Shown piece by piece: positions 12,811 through 27,517 of a stretch of 64,000 bases of DNA. Positions within the stretch are counted from its first letter, which is position 1, and each line of letters opens with the position of its first letter. The DNA comes from Chrysomallon squamiferum. Lineage: Eukaryota; Animalia; Mollusca. The position numbers were made by a program, and so were the translations under genes. The stretch is taken from contig CM022668.1 in assembly GCA_012295275.1 (NCBI GenBank), positions 16,492,001 through 16,556,000 on the forward strand. The letters run 5' to 3'. The notes beneath the pieces were generated by a model. It saw only the letters and a program-made list of their open reading frames with translations. It ran no database searches and was not told the DNA's origin.

Positions 12811-13147
12811 AACACACGTTATTAGCTCACAAACAAAACTTCACATTTCTCTGAAGTAAACACACGTCATTAGCTCACAAACAAAACTTCACATTTCACT
12901 CAAGTAAACACACGTCATTAGCTCACAAACAAAACTTCACATTTCTCTGAAGTAAACACACGTCATTAGCTCACAAACAAAACTTCACATTTCTATGAAG
13001 TAAACACACGTCATTAGCTCACAAACAAAACTTCACATTTCACTCAAGTAAACACACGTCATTAGCTCACAAATAAAACTTCACATTTCTCTGAAGTAAA
13101 CACACGTCGATTAGCTCACAAACAAAACTTCATATTTCACTCAAGTA
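12811..13147. repeat. Minisatellite, about 48 bp unit, about 7 copies, related to the adjacent array
   Basis: Unit gtaaacacacgtcattagctcacaaacaaaacttcacatttctctgaa shares aagtaaacac..cattagc with the neighbouring array. Confidence 0.9.
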
Positions 13148-13891
13148 ACGTACAAAACAACATTCTCTTCTGTTGATCAAACACCTATTAGAAAAAAAAA
13201 CATTAAAATAGAAAACCTGTAAGAAAAATTAATTAGGCCTAAAAAAGACAAGAAAACATGTTAGACTGATCAGTTATACTAAAACATAATCTACATTATA
13301 TGTTATAAAGTTACCACTGGTATCAGCGAACACTTTATTTGTAAACGTAGAATCTAAACAAAAATACTAATCTGCTGAACGTGTTTATATATATAAAAGC
13401 TATACCTGTGTTTATTACATACGTGTATGTTTATCCTGTGTTTATTACATACGTGTATGTTTATCGACATACATACGCGTAATAATACATACACAAACAT
13501 CTATTTACCAGATGACCAGATGACCAGAGGTGACCAGAATGACGAAGATACAAGGAATTTATAATTTGTGAACTATACACTAAATAAAATCTTATTTGTT
13601 TGTTTATAAACAAATGTTAGAAAAAATTAAAAAAGAATCGTTTAAAATAAACTGTAATAATGACAATAAAATACTTGTATATTATTTTCAGAAACAAAGG
13701 CCAATATAAATTAATCATATAGTTCAAAATATTAAGAGAAATATTTCCATACAATATAATAAAATACAATACTTCAGAACATGTAAGCCAAGATGCAAAT
13801 AATCATGCAATTTATGAAACATAAACCACAACCACAACCACCACATAACATAATTATCATACATATATGTGAATATAAAAAAATATATATT

Positions 13892-13931
<40 letters not shown>

Positions 13932-14617
13932 GAATATATATATGTTTTTACATATTTATGCATGTTATTGTCCGGTCCAAACATGAGTTGTGTTTTCTGA
14001 CAGATGTGTGGTGATCAGACAAAATGTCGGCTTCTGGTTGTGGTGCTTGTGGCAGTAAATTAACGAAGACTCATCAGCAATCGATGTTTAGTATGACAGC
14101 CGCGGTCTCGGCGGAGTCAAACATTAATTACCTGTTTACGTTATTAACAGCACAAAGTGTGCAAACGCTGCACTCGTCTTCAAACTGAGAAATTCAATTG
14201 AAGGAGAAAGAAAATATTCATGGGTAGTACCACGTCACTGAACTAAATGTGTCTGGCGTAATTAAAACCACACTCGACCTCCACTGTTTATATTTCTTAA
14301 GGGAGAACTAAAACCTTCTCCCATTCTTGCTCAGAAACATTAATATTCCTAACTGTTTGTAAGAAATGTTTGAAAGCACAATAAACAGAGAAAAATGATA
14401 ATAATTCAGTTCTGTTCTTGCACATGCCCTGCGTGTGTTTGTGTTAAACACTAGTTACAGTTCAAATTAAATATTTGTTGTTGTTTTTTTCCAAGTAAAA
14501 ATGGAATATGATACGTGAGAAATAAGGGGGAAAAAAGAGAGTTTGAGATAAAGCATGAAATAATTATATTTAATTTCAAAACCTGTTTTAAAATAAGCGT
14601 ATTGTACTTATTATGTT

Positions 14618-14704
<87 letters not shown>

Positions 14705-14960
14705 GATAGAGAGAGAGAGGAAAAGAGAGAGACAGAGATAGAAATACCAAAAATATATATGAGATTAATTTTCCATAATCAAACAATATATAAAGTTTCA
14801 AACTTAAAACAAAATATTATGCGCAAATCATTCTGTTAAAAAATATAGAAATAATATTACAAGCTGAAGCAAGGAAATACAACTGACTGAACTATAAATT
14901 ATAAAGAACTAAGTTTTTACGTGGAATGTTACATTTGAATGTAGTGGTGAAAAGTCTCAC

Positions 14961-15160
14961 CCCTCGCCAGACAGGGCTAGGCCGGTCAGGCCGATGTGGT
15001 TGTCATCCGAGTTGTCAGACTGCTCGGAGGCGCCCGACCCCGCGTTGTACGTGTTCTGGTAGTGAACGTGGTGGTTGTTGTGGCGAGCTTTGTGGTGGTG
15101 TCTGTGTGCACGTGCATGATTAGAGGACCGCGCACGGTGGCCATGACGACTGCGATGCAT
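14961..15160 (-). CDS. Innexin alternative first coding exon A (His/Arg-rich, 67 aa)
   Basis: gacATG at 15160. Encodes MHRSRHGHRARSSNHARAHRHHHKARHNNHHVHYQNTYNAGSGASEQSDNSDDNHIGLTGLALSGE then GG|GTGAGA (phase 2), in frame with G-LDSVLGS. Locally GC-rich island in AT-rich DNA. Confidence 0.75.
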
Positions 15161-16328
15161 GTCCGGGATCGCCAATTTTCTTCTTCTTTAGTTTCGTCGT
15201 ACGGATGAAAAATAGTTTTACAAACAGCCGTGCTTTCATTAGTCTTTTTGAAAATAGTCCATGCACGTGCTTCGCGTGTAAACAACGTTGTTTTGTTGTT
15301 GTTGTTTTTACAGAAAACACAGTGTATAATTATTTATGTTCTTCAGCAGAAACAATATTGGTAATCCAAAATCTCCGAATAAAGCCAATCACATATTTAT
15401 AGTTTGTTTTTGTTTTTGTTTTCTTTGTTTGTTTCGTGTTACAGTAAAGTTATTTTCGTGTTTTACGAAATCTATTCGAATCTCGAGATGGTATTTTTAG
15501 ACATATTTCAGAAAATGTTTTCTAAATGAACCAGAACACATTCGTACCCAACCAATCCTATGTAAACTGGGTGTGTTTAGTGCAAACAAGCGATCCTCGA
15601 AAACTAATATGATGTGTATCACCTGCTGGATAAAAGTAATTATTTATGAATAGTTTTCACCTAAGATCAATACACACCCGATAGATTATGAATGATTAAA
15701 TTTACTAGATGATTGATCATTGAATACGCTTGTTATTGAACACAGACTGCGCCACAAAGTACGTTTATTTATTCATGACCGCTAGTTATTTCTAGTTCAC
15801 ACCTGTAGTCCACAAATATAAAGTTAGAAATCAGGATATCCATATCCACAGTAGTAAAAACACAAAACAAGCAAGTGTTCTCTATGTCTACACCATTAGA
15901 GTGAAAACATCTACGTGTTTGTGTGACAATTCCACTGTAGAAAAAATACAAGTAAAGATATCTGTTTATCTATTATAATGCAGTCAAAACGTAAGTTATT
16001 TATGTATCTATTCCACAGTAGTAAAACAAAAATCAAGAAATATCTTTTGTACTGGAGTCAGAAATCAACACATCTTTGTATCTACTTTCTCGTAACATTA
16101 AGGAATATCACTGAAAAGAAATTAAAAAAAACAGTATAAATAAAATATCCAAATCACTTAGTTCCAGGCACAAAATGAAATGCCCCACTCCGAAGAAATA
16201 TGAATAAACTGTTCTATTTATCTCGTTTTTTCTATACACAAAACAAGGCAATTTTCAGGGTCATCCATCACTTTGAAATAGAAACTTTACCACATATTTA
16301 TTTATACGGTCAAACGATCCATTTATTA

Positions 16329-16363
<35 letters not shown>

Positions 16364-16541
16364 CACTGTGTCTGCTCTGATCACATTTCTTCAACAGTGC
16401 TGTAGTTTACAGAAGACAGTTAAGTGTTGTAGTTTAAAGAACACAAATAAGTGCTGTAGTTTACAGAAGACAGTTAAGTGCTTTGTCTCAAGGTTTCCTG
16501 GACGTTTGCAGCAACTGAAGCGACTCTGTGTAAAAACTGAC

Positions 16542-16579
16542 CAGTAACGACGCGGCCTGGCTTTGGTTACGTATCCCAT
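16542..16579 (-). CDS. Candidate innexin alternative first coding exon B (MGYVTKARPRRYW)
   Basis: ATG at 16579, 12 codons + TG|GTCAGT (phase 2); locally GC-rich. The donor is non-consensus at +3. Confidence 0.4.
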
Positions 16580-19500
16580 TCGTTACTCCAGCGAGCTGAC
16601 CGTCATTAAAGAAGTCATAAGTCCACACTCAAATAATACAGATGATTAAGGGATAGCGAGGTAACCCTTGGGAGTAAAGGCTAATCACAGGATATTATAT
16701 ATTTATTGAAACACAATTATTGCCAAAGAAAATTAAAGTATTGCAGCCAAGCAAGAAGCTGTATTCACAGACACACATTTATGATATGTTGGATGGATGC
16801 CATTACAAGAGAAACAGCAGTACAATCGAGATTAGATGTGTATTTAATCTGCATCAGGGGCAGAAACGTACTACAGTTTGGAAAATTAAATTAGCATAAA
16901 TAACTCGATGCTGGGTAAAGCTAATGAACTATGATACAAAAATTAAATTTGATTATGTTAGAATTAGTCATTCGTATTCACAAATTCAAAACAATGATTG
17001 CAATTTTCGTCTTTTATCAATAAGAAAAACTCGAAACATAAAGAAGCAGACAATCAAATATGTATGTATACATATTTCTATTCTCAAAATAAAATATTGA
17101 TGAAGTACGAATTGAAATTATAATGAACTAAGCTTATAAAATATTTGTGTAAATGCTGAAACTACGTTATCACGAATTAAAATTGAACATATTTTATAGT
17201 GAAGCTAGAACTGCAATTCTGATTAACTAAACTGAAAACATTTAATTAAATGCTGTTACTGAAATAATTACGACGTACAATGAAATCAGTTTTGAAAACG
17301 CCGGTACTGAAATTATCATGAATTAAACAGACAACATTTTATGTAAAATATTGATTTTTAACCTGAATAAATAATAACTTAAAATATTTATGTAAAGGTC
17401 GGTACTGAAATTATCATAAATTGAACAAAAAACATTTTATGTAAATATTGATTATTAAATTGCAATAATTTTAACTGAATATATTTATGTAAACGCTGGT
17501 ACTGAAACATGAATACATTAAACTGACTGAATGGTAAAAGCAATGTTTCTGAACGTAGAATTAATGAAGGTGAAGAATGGCACAGGCAGCAGTATTAAAT
17601 TAATTAAAGATATGGTCTGCGAGGGCGAATGATATCAAATAGGATTTAATTAAACTAAAAACTTTTTTCTTTAGAAGAAGAACGATTCTAAAGGTCGTTC
17701 CAAAAACGATGCACAGAAAACTACGGTTTATGATGCTGTCATGACGACGACATCAACAACAATGCCTCCACCTTTATTGCTGTTTCAGAAAGCACTGATA
17801 TGATTTCAATGCACAGCCTTTATGCTTTATGAACGTCTGTTTTCTTTATTTGGATAAAGAAAACAATATATATATAGTTAAAAATAGCATGGAATTAAGA
17901 GACAGTCTAAAAGATTTTAATGTAATTATCAGAAACGATTATTCTTAGTTTTACAAGAACAGATTATTACGTACGTCATGTTTGCGTTCACGAAGTATCC
18001 GCATTTCTTGCGTAATTCCGAACCATCTCGAAACGTGTAACTGGAAGTCATTATAGTTAAAGATATGTCTGTATTTCATATGCCCCAGTTCTTGTAAGAT
18101 TTTTGGCTACATATATTACTTTGATTATTGGCATCTTTGCCTTGTACAAATATCAAAATTTGTTTCAGCAATCATTAATCATCTATAAATAAATTACGAA
18201 ATCAGGTTAAATAAATGACAGATTATGGTTAATAATACGTACTAGTTATTTACAAGTCAAAGTTCGCCGAGTACAGGACTATAACCAGTATTATTCATGT
18301 GTGTGTGTTAAATTTAATGTTCTCAAAAGACTTCCAGATATGTCTGGGGAATCACTGTTGCTGGAATAAGTCTAAATAAATTACAAATTATTGTTAATAT
18401 TTCCCAGTTTTTCACAGATCATTACATACACACTGTTCTCTTGTTTTTCAAAATCTTGCTATTCTCTAAAGTCATTCCAGATTAATTTAGTGAATTCCTA
18501 ATCCAAACATAAATATAAACCAATTACTGCTTATTGTTGATACATCCCGGCTGTTAAAGTATATTCTGCATTCATTCATAGCCACTCTCTTTTGTTCAGA
18601 TTCATTATTAGAGTTCTTAATCGCGTAGAGCTAATGAGTATAACTGCTAAATTGTGAAGAATGTGTCATTTTCAGACGCATTATTGCATTAGCAACTGAA
18701 TAAATTCAGTTTTCTCAGATCTGGTGTTACGTGACCAGATACAAACAAATATCAGTATGCACGTGGAGTCATCATAGTAATAATAATAACGTAACTGTTT
18801 ATTGGAAAGACAAGGCAGGGAGTCTAATAAGCCGCGGAGTTGATTGTTGTCTACTAGCACAGTTAACAGATGGTTATCAGGAGTTTCTAATGAGAATGTG
18901 TAACAAAGCAGCGCTGGAAATAGAAACGTGGGCTTAATAATTGTGATGGAAAACAAATTGTTTATCTGTGTATTCATCACATACTGATAACGTAAATAAA
19001 TGAACTGAACAGCAGCTTAAACATAGCTGAAGTCTGGAGTTATGTAGTATGAATGACGATACCATTGATATATTTTTTATTATTATTTAGCTTAATACTA
19101 ATTTTAATAATTATTAAATGGAGCAGTTTTCTGTTCTTAAATATTAGCATCAAGTGATATTTTGCAGTCTCCTTCCTCAAACTAGAAAACATGGTTGTTG
19201 TGGAGTTCTGTATGAACGGGATATAGCTCAGAGAGGTTCGCTAAAGAGGACTGATCACCAGTACTTTTATCTCTTTACACTAGGATGAACAGACATCCAC
19301 ATCTCTCGATGACAGGTTTAATAAACGTACAGACTGCAGCTTTAAAATATAGGTTACAATTGCAGACCATGGATTTAACAGACAACCTACATCTCTAGAC
19401 AGAAGAGACAAAGGGAAAAAAACACAAGAAAAAACTCTCACACACAAAGATTGGCAAATGTCACTGTTAAAGTAAAATGCCAAATGGAAGACAATAACAT

Positions 19501-20417
19501 ACATGGATTAAAACAGTTCATTAATAGAGCAGACTCAAAGTGTGTGTCTGATTAATTATTTACCAGATTGCATACCACTTGACAATACTTTGGCTTAAGA
19601 GCTTTTTCTCGGCTTCTTCTTTATTTGATTAACGTCATGTATTTCATTAGTACTAGTGAAATGATTTAGCGATATTCCGCACAGCTGGAAATCAACGTAT
19701 TAATATTTTACGACAACTTCTCTCATTTGGTATTCTGTTTATTACGATATTGTGTCCAGATTAACAACAAGACAAACGTATCACATCATGCTATATAATT
19801 GTACGTATCGATTTGGCTTATATTGGTAAAATGTCATATATTTGTTATGTTTACGAAGTAGATATCAGTTTGTTTATATCCCATTTATTCCCCTCCTATC
19901 ACTCTTTATAAATTATATATAAGATTGTTAGAAAATAAATAATATTGTAAGAAGTAGAATATCGTTAAGAAAATGCTTCGTTAAATAAGAATAAGATAAC
20001 AAATAATAAACGTTGTTGCTTATGTTACTAAGTCTTTTAAAAAACAACAACACCAACAACAATAACAATAATAATAGTAATAATAATGATGATAATGTTG
20101 GTGATGACTAAGATAAGAAGATGAACAACAACAATAATAGATACAGTGTAGTTAGTTGTATTATTGTTGTAAAGGTTAAGGTAATAGTAATGTTGTATTA
20201 GTTATTGTTGTGATTGTAATAATAGTGTAGTGGTATTGATAGTTACAGTGGAATAGCAATAGTAATAGTGATTGTAATAGTAGTAGTTGTAGTAGTTGCA
20301 GCAGCAGCCAAAGTAAATATAATATTAAAAAAGTCTTGATAAATTATCCTTTTTCACAGATCGTCAGAACAAAATAAGAAAATCTGTCCCATGTTTATTT
20401 GTTTATTTGACCGGCTG

Positions 20418-20870
20418 GTTTGTTGGATGTATGTATTGTTGTGTAAATGTTTTTGGATGTATGTATTGTTATATAAATGTGTTTACTGGATGTATGTATT
20501 GTTATGTAAATGTGTTTACTGGATGTATGTATTGTTGTGTAAATGTGTTTGTTGGATGTATGTATTGTTGTGTAAATGTGTTTGTTGGATGTATGTATTG
20601 TTGTGTAAATGTGTTTGTTGGATGTATGTATTGTTATGTAAATGTGTTTACTGGATGTATGTATTGTTATGTAAATGTGTTTACTGGATGTATGTATTGT
20701 TCTGTAAATGTGTTTACTGGATGTATGTATTGTTCTGTAAATGTGTTTGCTGGATGTATGTATTGCTGTGTAAATGTGTTTGTTGGATGTATGTATTGCT
20801 GTGTAAATGTATTTGTTGGATGTATTCAATGTATAAATGTGTTTGTTGGATGTATGTATTGTTGTGTAAA
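20418..20870. repeat. 33-bp minisatellite
   Basis: Unit gttggatgtatgtattgttgtgtaaatgtgttt, about 14 copies; gives the 11-aa periodic ORFs. Confidence 0.95.
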
Positions 20871-20982
20871 TACGCTGACGGCTGATTTTTTTCATGTCTT
20901 TATTTTCATGTCTTTGTTTAGACTGCATCAAAATGAATAAATGTGTTTGAACATTTTTAACGATTATTTTTTCTCCCCGAAG

Positions 20983-21195
20983 TTAAAACCATTTGTTGGA
21001 TAGCCACGTCAAATTAAAACCATTTGACTGTGTATAGCCATTGTCGAATTAAAACCATCGACTGTAGATTTTTTTCATCGAATTAAAACCATCGACTGTA
21101 TGAATGAACGTCGAATTTGAAACCATTTTACTGATTATTTTTAGCCACGTCAAATTAAAACCATCGACTGTAGATAGCCACGTCAAATTAAAATA
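20983..21195. repeat. Degenerate tandem repeat (about 33-40 bp)
   Basis: Recurrent tagccacgtcaaattaaaaccat(c/tt)gactg, about 6 copies. Confidence 0.75.
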
Positions 21196-21904
21196 ATTAC
21201 GTGAACGTATCCTTTATGGACGGCTGCAGCTCTTGATCGCTTCCTGATGTGTGATTGTCACAGGATTAATCCTTCTTTTTTCCAGTTCTACCCAGCTTCT
21301 TATCGCTTCTCAACGTGTAAGGCCAAAGTGTAGTATGTATAAACCAGTTTCTTACAACCAGGTTATCAGATATAAAGATTTTATTCTCCTGCCTCTTAAA
21401 AACTGCATATAAAAGATTCCTTTTCTGCTCTCCTTATTTCAGAGTGTTTAACATTTGTAATTTAAAAGGTGTTTACAACGATGCTTCTTGTAGTCTAAGC
21501 CTATCAAAACACTGTGACATTTCGACGACAATAAAATAACTCTGTACATCTGTCTATTGTATTCACGCCATTACCGTGTTTATATGTTTGATAATCTAAA
21601 CGAATGTGAAATTTGGTTCAGTATAACCCAATTGTGGTCTTGCGTTTATAAAGTGTAAATATTCATAGCATTGTCAGTTCAAACAGCACTGGACTAAACC
21701 GGGTTAATTAAACAGCAGTGGCGTGCATCAGACATCTTTAAATACAACTGACGTTAACCTAATTCTCAGCCTGTAACAGAAGTTATCTCCACAAATAACT
21801 CAGAACAAATATTGTCCCTCGACCATCTGATATCAGGGTTTGGTACACGAATGTTACAAATTCTGACTTCAGTAAAACAGTGCGTTCCGTTCTGTTGTTT
21901 GTGT

Positions 21905-22610
21905 CTGTATGTGTACGTGTGTATAGTGGTTTTATATTTGCATGTGTCAGTATGTTTTTGTGTTTGTGCTTGGTTTATATTTGTATGTATCTGTTTACAC
22001 GTATGTGTATGTGTTTAGTGGTTTATATTTGTATGTATCAGTATGTATGTGTATGTATAGTGGTTTATATTTGTATGTATCAGTATGTGTAGTATGTGGT
22101 TTAAGTGTAGTTTTATATTTGCATGGTTTATATTTGTATGTATCAGTATGTGTACGTATGTATAGTGGTTTATATTTGTATGTATCAGTATGTGTACGTG
22201 TGTTTAGTGGTTTATATTTGTATGTATCAGTATGTGTACGTGTGTATAGTGGTTTATATTTGTATGTATCAGTATGTGTACGTGTGTTTAGTGGTTTATA
22301 TTTGTATGTATCAGTATGTGTACGTGTGTTTAGTGGTTTATATTTGTATGTATCAGTATGTGTACGTGTGTTTAGTGGTTTATATTTGTATGTATCAGTA
22401 TGTGTACGTGTGTATAGTGGTTTATATTTGCATGTGTCAGTATGTGTACGTGTGTATAGTGGTTTATATTTGCATGTGTCAGTATGTGTACGTGTGTATA
22501 GTGGTTTATATTTGCATGTGTCAGTATGTGTACGTGTGTATAGTGGTTTATATTTGTATGTATCAGTATGTGTACGTGTGTATAGTGGTTTATATTTGCA
22601 TGTGTCTGTG
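21905..22610. repeat. 42-bp minisatellite
   Basis: Unit agtggtttatatttgtatgtatcagtatgtgtacgtgtgtat, about 16 copies. Confidence 0.95.
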
Positions 22611-23325
22611 TAAAAGTAAAAATAAATGGTTTTGTAAGAAACGCTGACATCGAGTAAGCCGGACTAACGTAATGTGACAGAAGACAGACATCCACAGCAC
22701 TGAGGAGGATCTTGAGCGGATGAAACACTGAAAGATGCTCGGATTGTTTCACTCTCACCGATGTCGTTACGCAAGTGAAACGGGATTTTACGCAGTCGCG
22801 CGCGCGAGGTGAGAAAAGGGTGAAGATTACTGAGCGTTCAGGAGTATTTCTTGTACCGTGCACACACCGAGTTTGACGAGAAAGTGTGGACGTTAAGTTC
22901 CTTCATCTTTTGACAGCAAATCAATAAGCGTGACACACCAGGAGAATGCAGAGACCCAATCAACCTGTTGACACTCGAGATACATACATCTAATTATTTC
23001 TGTGCCATGTACGATTTTTCACCACGCTGCCAGTCGCACACTTTGATAGAAAGGATGTAATTGGATATCTTCCAACGTTTGACTGCTCTGAAAACAAATT
23101 TAATTTCCAGTCATTTACGTAAAAGTGCAGTCCACAAATAATATATACTTCTGAAACAGAAGAATGAAATATGTGATATATCTACATTCTCTCTCTGATA
23201 TATACAATTTTCTATCCCCCCTTCCATTTCGTTCTCTCTCTGTCACTCTCCCGACTCTTTGTCTCTATCTCTCTCTCGCTTTATCGCCATTACATCCATT
23301 TTTCATTTTGTCTCCACCCTTCCAC

Positions 23326-23614
<289 letters not shown>

Positions 23615-24687
23615 GTTTTTGCTCTCCAGCTATAGCACTAGCTATCAGCATGTGACACAGACATGCAGAGACCAATAACACAAATTAAACGATAGAAACC
23701 TGACACCCGAGTTCATCACGCCTCGCTTGCAATCTAAAGAGCGGCATGTTTGGTTCTGGACTGGATGGAGAAATCATATTGAATTATTTGGGAATATTGA
23801 CAATTCCTGTGATTTGCAAGTTCGTTAAGCCTTTTCTGCATTTCTGCCTTCGAGGCTATTTGCTGACCAAACAAAGAGAACACAGCGCGCAGACTGCGCT
23901 CCGGCAGACCGGCGTTGGTCACTCGTGTATTTCTCATTTCGTGCGCTGTTCTCTCTCATCATAAATCGATTCGTTATTGGTTCCTCGTCTCATACAGGTA
24001 CAGATGACGCGACAAATGTTCAGTATTTATGTGATAGGAAACCTCATTTCTCAAGCAGGGAAACACAAAAGTTAACTGTTGCTAAAACTGATATCTTCTT
24101 TTTGGACCCACGATGTTAGACTGATGTATTTCAAAATTCTGTAATTAATTACTGATTTATTTTTTAACGTATATGGTCACCCCTCAGGACAGGGTATGGG
24201 GGGTGGGGATAATCCACGCGTTGTCATCAACTGTTTGCTTATTCTAGAAAAGCTACGTCTACTACACTATTTTATGACTACTCAGTCTGATTCTCATTTG
24301 TGTTTTACAAACCAGTTTTTTATCTGTTTTTAATTTAATCTCTTATATGACAAACTGGAGGATGATATAAAATGATAATAGTTTGATTTGACATTTGATA
24401 TTTTTACAAGTGTAGTACTAACAGGACTAATTCGCTAAATGTTGCGTGAGAATAATTTAACACAGACAGTGCTAATCATTCAGTGTGTTCGTCAGTAGGT
24501 AATTTCAGTAAAACAAATTGTAAAAGGGATTCAAATTTTATAAGGTTTCAGATATATGAAAATAGTTATTTAGGAAAACACCATCACTGAATGAAAGAAA
24601 AGAAGAAAAGTTGAAAGATAGAGCTATTTTAAGCATATATTTACACACACACACACACACACATATATATGTATATAAATATTTATT

Positions 24688-24722
<35 letters not shown>

Positions 24723-25501
24723 TAACATTTTTGTTTTTTATAAAAGCTGAAGCACATTTATTTTAACTTCCCCAGTCATGTCTAGACGTGTTAGAAATAA
24801 TTGTTTTCACTTTGCTTTCATCTCAGTACAATTCACAGATTTACATATTTTTGTATTTCAAACTGTGCACTGATCTGAATTAATCTTCTTATTCAAGCTA
24901 AAAATTGTTTTTCTACTGCCGAGATGACAAGAGATAAAAACGTATTTCAACTCTGCACTTTGTGTTTGTTTTCGCTAAGGAAATATTGTGTGTGTGTGTG
25001 TATATTAAATCAATAAAACATTATCAAACTCGGCTAAACTCCAGTTGATAGCAGCAGAGTCTGGCTGGCAGTTGTTTTCTTATCTCTGTGATATCGACTC
25101 GACGTTCAGGACGCTGCCAGTCGCCATAGCAACGCGTCGGGCATAAACATCCGGTTTACACGTGGTCTGCCGCTGTACGGTGTCATTTTAACAATGGAAA
25201 TATGTAGAAATAATCTTATTGATTACCAACGCGTCTGAAATACGAGTTCGCTACAAGAAAAGCAGCAAACAAAACAAAACATAATAATAAGCCGTCGTTG
25301 ATTTCGCGACGAACCTTACTGTACACACCTTGAAACTACGTGCACTGATTTACTTATTTCTGAAACCACGTTCTGACGATAACATCATCGCCACCATTAC
25401 ACGCTACTACAACTACTACAGCTGTTGTTAGTTAAATTGTTATTCTTATTACTCTTGTTGTTATTTTTATTTTTATTGTTATCCATCCATCTATGTATAA
25501 A

Positions 25502-25561
<60 letters not shown>

Positions 25562-25750
25562 TAGAAAGATAAATATATAGATAGGTAGACTGACTGATAG
25601 AAAGTTACACACATACACTCGGTAGAACTTGTACGTTTATTAAATGTATTATTTCAACATGATGTCACAACCACACAGCAAGAAGCAAAACAAAAGCACA
25701 ACTATTTTTTTCTGTCTGGGACGTGTACGACGACTTCAGCTACGCCATAC

Positions 25751-26015
25751 ATCAGCTGTGTTTCCTAGTCGCTGTCAGACGTTGACTTATTAAATCTACA
25801 TCAGAAACGTCAGCGTTGCAGCGGCTATTCGCGGGAGCTGGGAGAAAGTGTGTTAACGTCCCGTGCAGTCCGCGTCCATCAGCCTGATCAATAACTGACG
25901 ACATACGGAACCCAGTGAATGACTCGACAGCGAGGAAAACGGAAATAATTAACATAGAGACGATTGAAGACGTGGCTGGACGTACACCCCAGCTGGCAGT
26001 CGCAGTCGTTTTCAC
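25751..26015 (-). other. Candidate innexin 5' exon ending in a split start codon (AT|G)
   Basis: GC-richer block downstream of a TATA-like TATATAAG (minus strand, about 26038-26031). Ends cagctgAT|GTATGG; splicing to the constant exon gives ATG-LDSV. The 5' boundary is approximate. Confidence 0.3.
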
Positions 26016-26734
26016 AGAGGTCTTAATATTCTTATATAAATTACGCGTGTGTGTGTGTGTGTGGGTTGTATGTTGGTGAGAATGCGGAGGGTTTTTATCT
26101 ATGGGTGTCTGTGTGTGTGTGTACGTATGTGTCTGTAGGAGGGGTTAGTGTGTCTGCGTGAGTGTGTGTTGTTGGGTGTGTGTGTTGGAAGGGGTAGATG
26201 TATGTATACAAAGGAAAGATATATTTTTTAAAAGAAGGCGCCATTCTGGTTAGCAGTAAAGCTTTCACGATAAAGACAAACACATAAACAAACAAAAACA
26301 GTGTATACCGCGTTATTAACTTAATATAATAGAATCGCGTTATTAACTTAATTTAATATTTTTAACTCGCCTAAGGGTATTCGATTTAGAGGGTTTAGAG
26401 GGTTATTATTGCTTTGTATTTTTACTTTAAAAATGTTTCATTATATTTATTTCATTTTATTTTATTCTAGATAAGAACTAAGCAGAATATAACCACATTA
26501 AGAATTTTAAAAGAAATCTTGTTAATTTATTCATAATCTAATGCAAAACACAGACAGGACTTTTACTGTTAAATACTCACTGTAGAGGAACTAAAGAAAA
26601 CAGTCACATTAAGGAAGAAAAACAAATTAATTATTTCTTCCAAATTCGGTTCTAACCCAGGACTTGAAACAACTCAAAATTTATAGATACAATATTTGTT
26701 TTTGAGATTTACATTAGTACAAAAAATAGTAACG

Positions 26735-26780
<46 letters not shown>

Positions 26781-26982
26781 CAACAACAATAATAACAACA
26801 ATAAAATAACAATAATAATAATAACAACAACAATAATAACAATAAAATAACAACAATAATAACAACAACAAAAAAATAATAATAATAATAGCAATATTGA
26901 TAAAAACTAACAATAACAATAATAATAATAATAAAAGTAATAACAATAACAATAAAAATAATAATAATAGCAATAATGACAA

Positions 26983-27069
<87 letters not shown>

Positions 27070-27070
27070 C
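26735..27070. repeat. (AAT)n/(AAC)n microsatellite block
   Basis: Trinucleotide tracts producing poly-I/Y/L/N pseudo-ORFs. Confidence 0.95.
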
Positions 27071-27497
27071 ATGATCATGACCGTGTTGATGATGATACTG
27101 ATGACGAACAATTAGAATGAAGTTAAAATTTCCATTCAAAAACTTAATTGGTAAAATAGCGAAAGTTTGGTTCACAATTAAAAATCATCAAAAAGGATTA
27201 TTACATTACGTCTCTAACAGATCTTATCAAAGTATATCTCCAAGTAGACACGATACAAAAATAATTAAAATTCTTTGTTTCTTATCCTTCCATTCCAGTG
27301 TAATATTATTACCTAGCTTCTCAGTGGACTCCTTATGGATTGTAAACATAAAACAAATAACTGACGTTTCTGTTTTAAGACGTCTGTGATAATCGAATTC
27401 GTTTTTAAACAGTTCATCTTCTAGAGGTTGATATTATTATACAATTTTATAACAAGATTATGCACTAAGTAAATACAAAATAGTTAAGTTTCCTTAC

Positions 27498-27517
27498 CTG
27501 GTTAGCGAATGTAGCAT
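27498..27517 (-). CDS. Innexin alternative first coding exon C (MLHSLTR)
   Basis: caacATG CTA CAT TCG CTA ACC AG|GTAAGG: strong donor, phase 2, A at -3. Lies downstream of a CpG-richer block (about 27650-28700) containing a TGACGTCA at 27909. Confidence 0.65.

Noticed and set aside
23734-23964. Overlapping 67-72 aa ORFs in a GC-richer patch
   Set aside because: No recognisable domain and no compatible donor; more likely a non-coding regulatory element.
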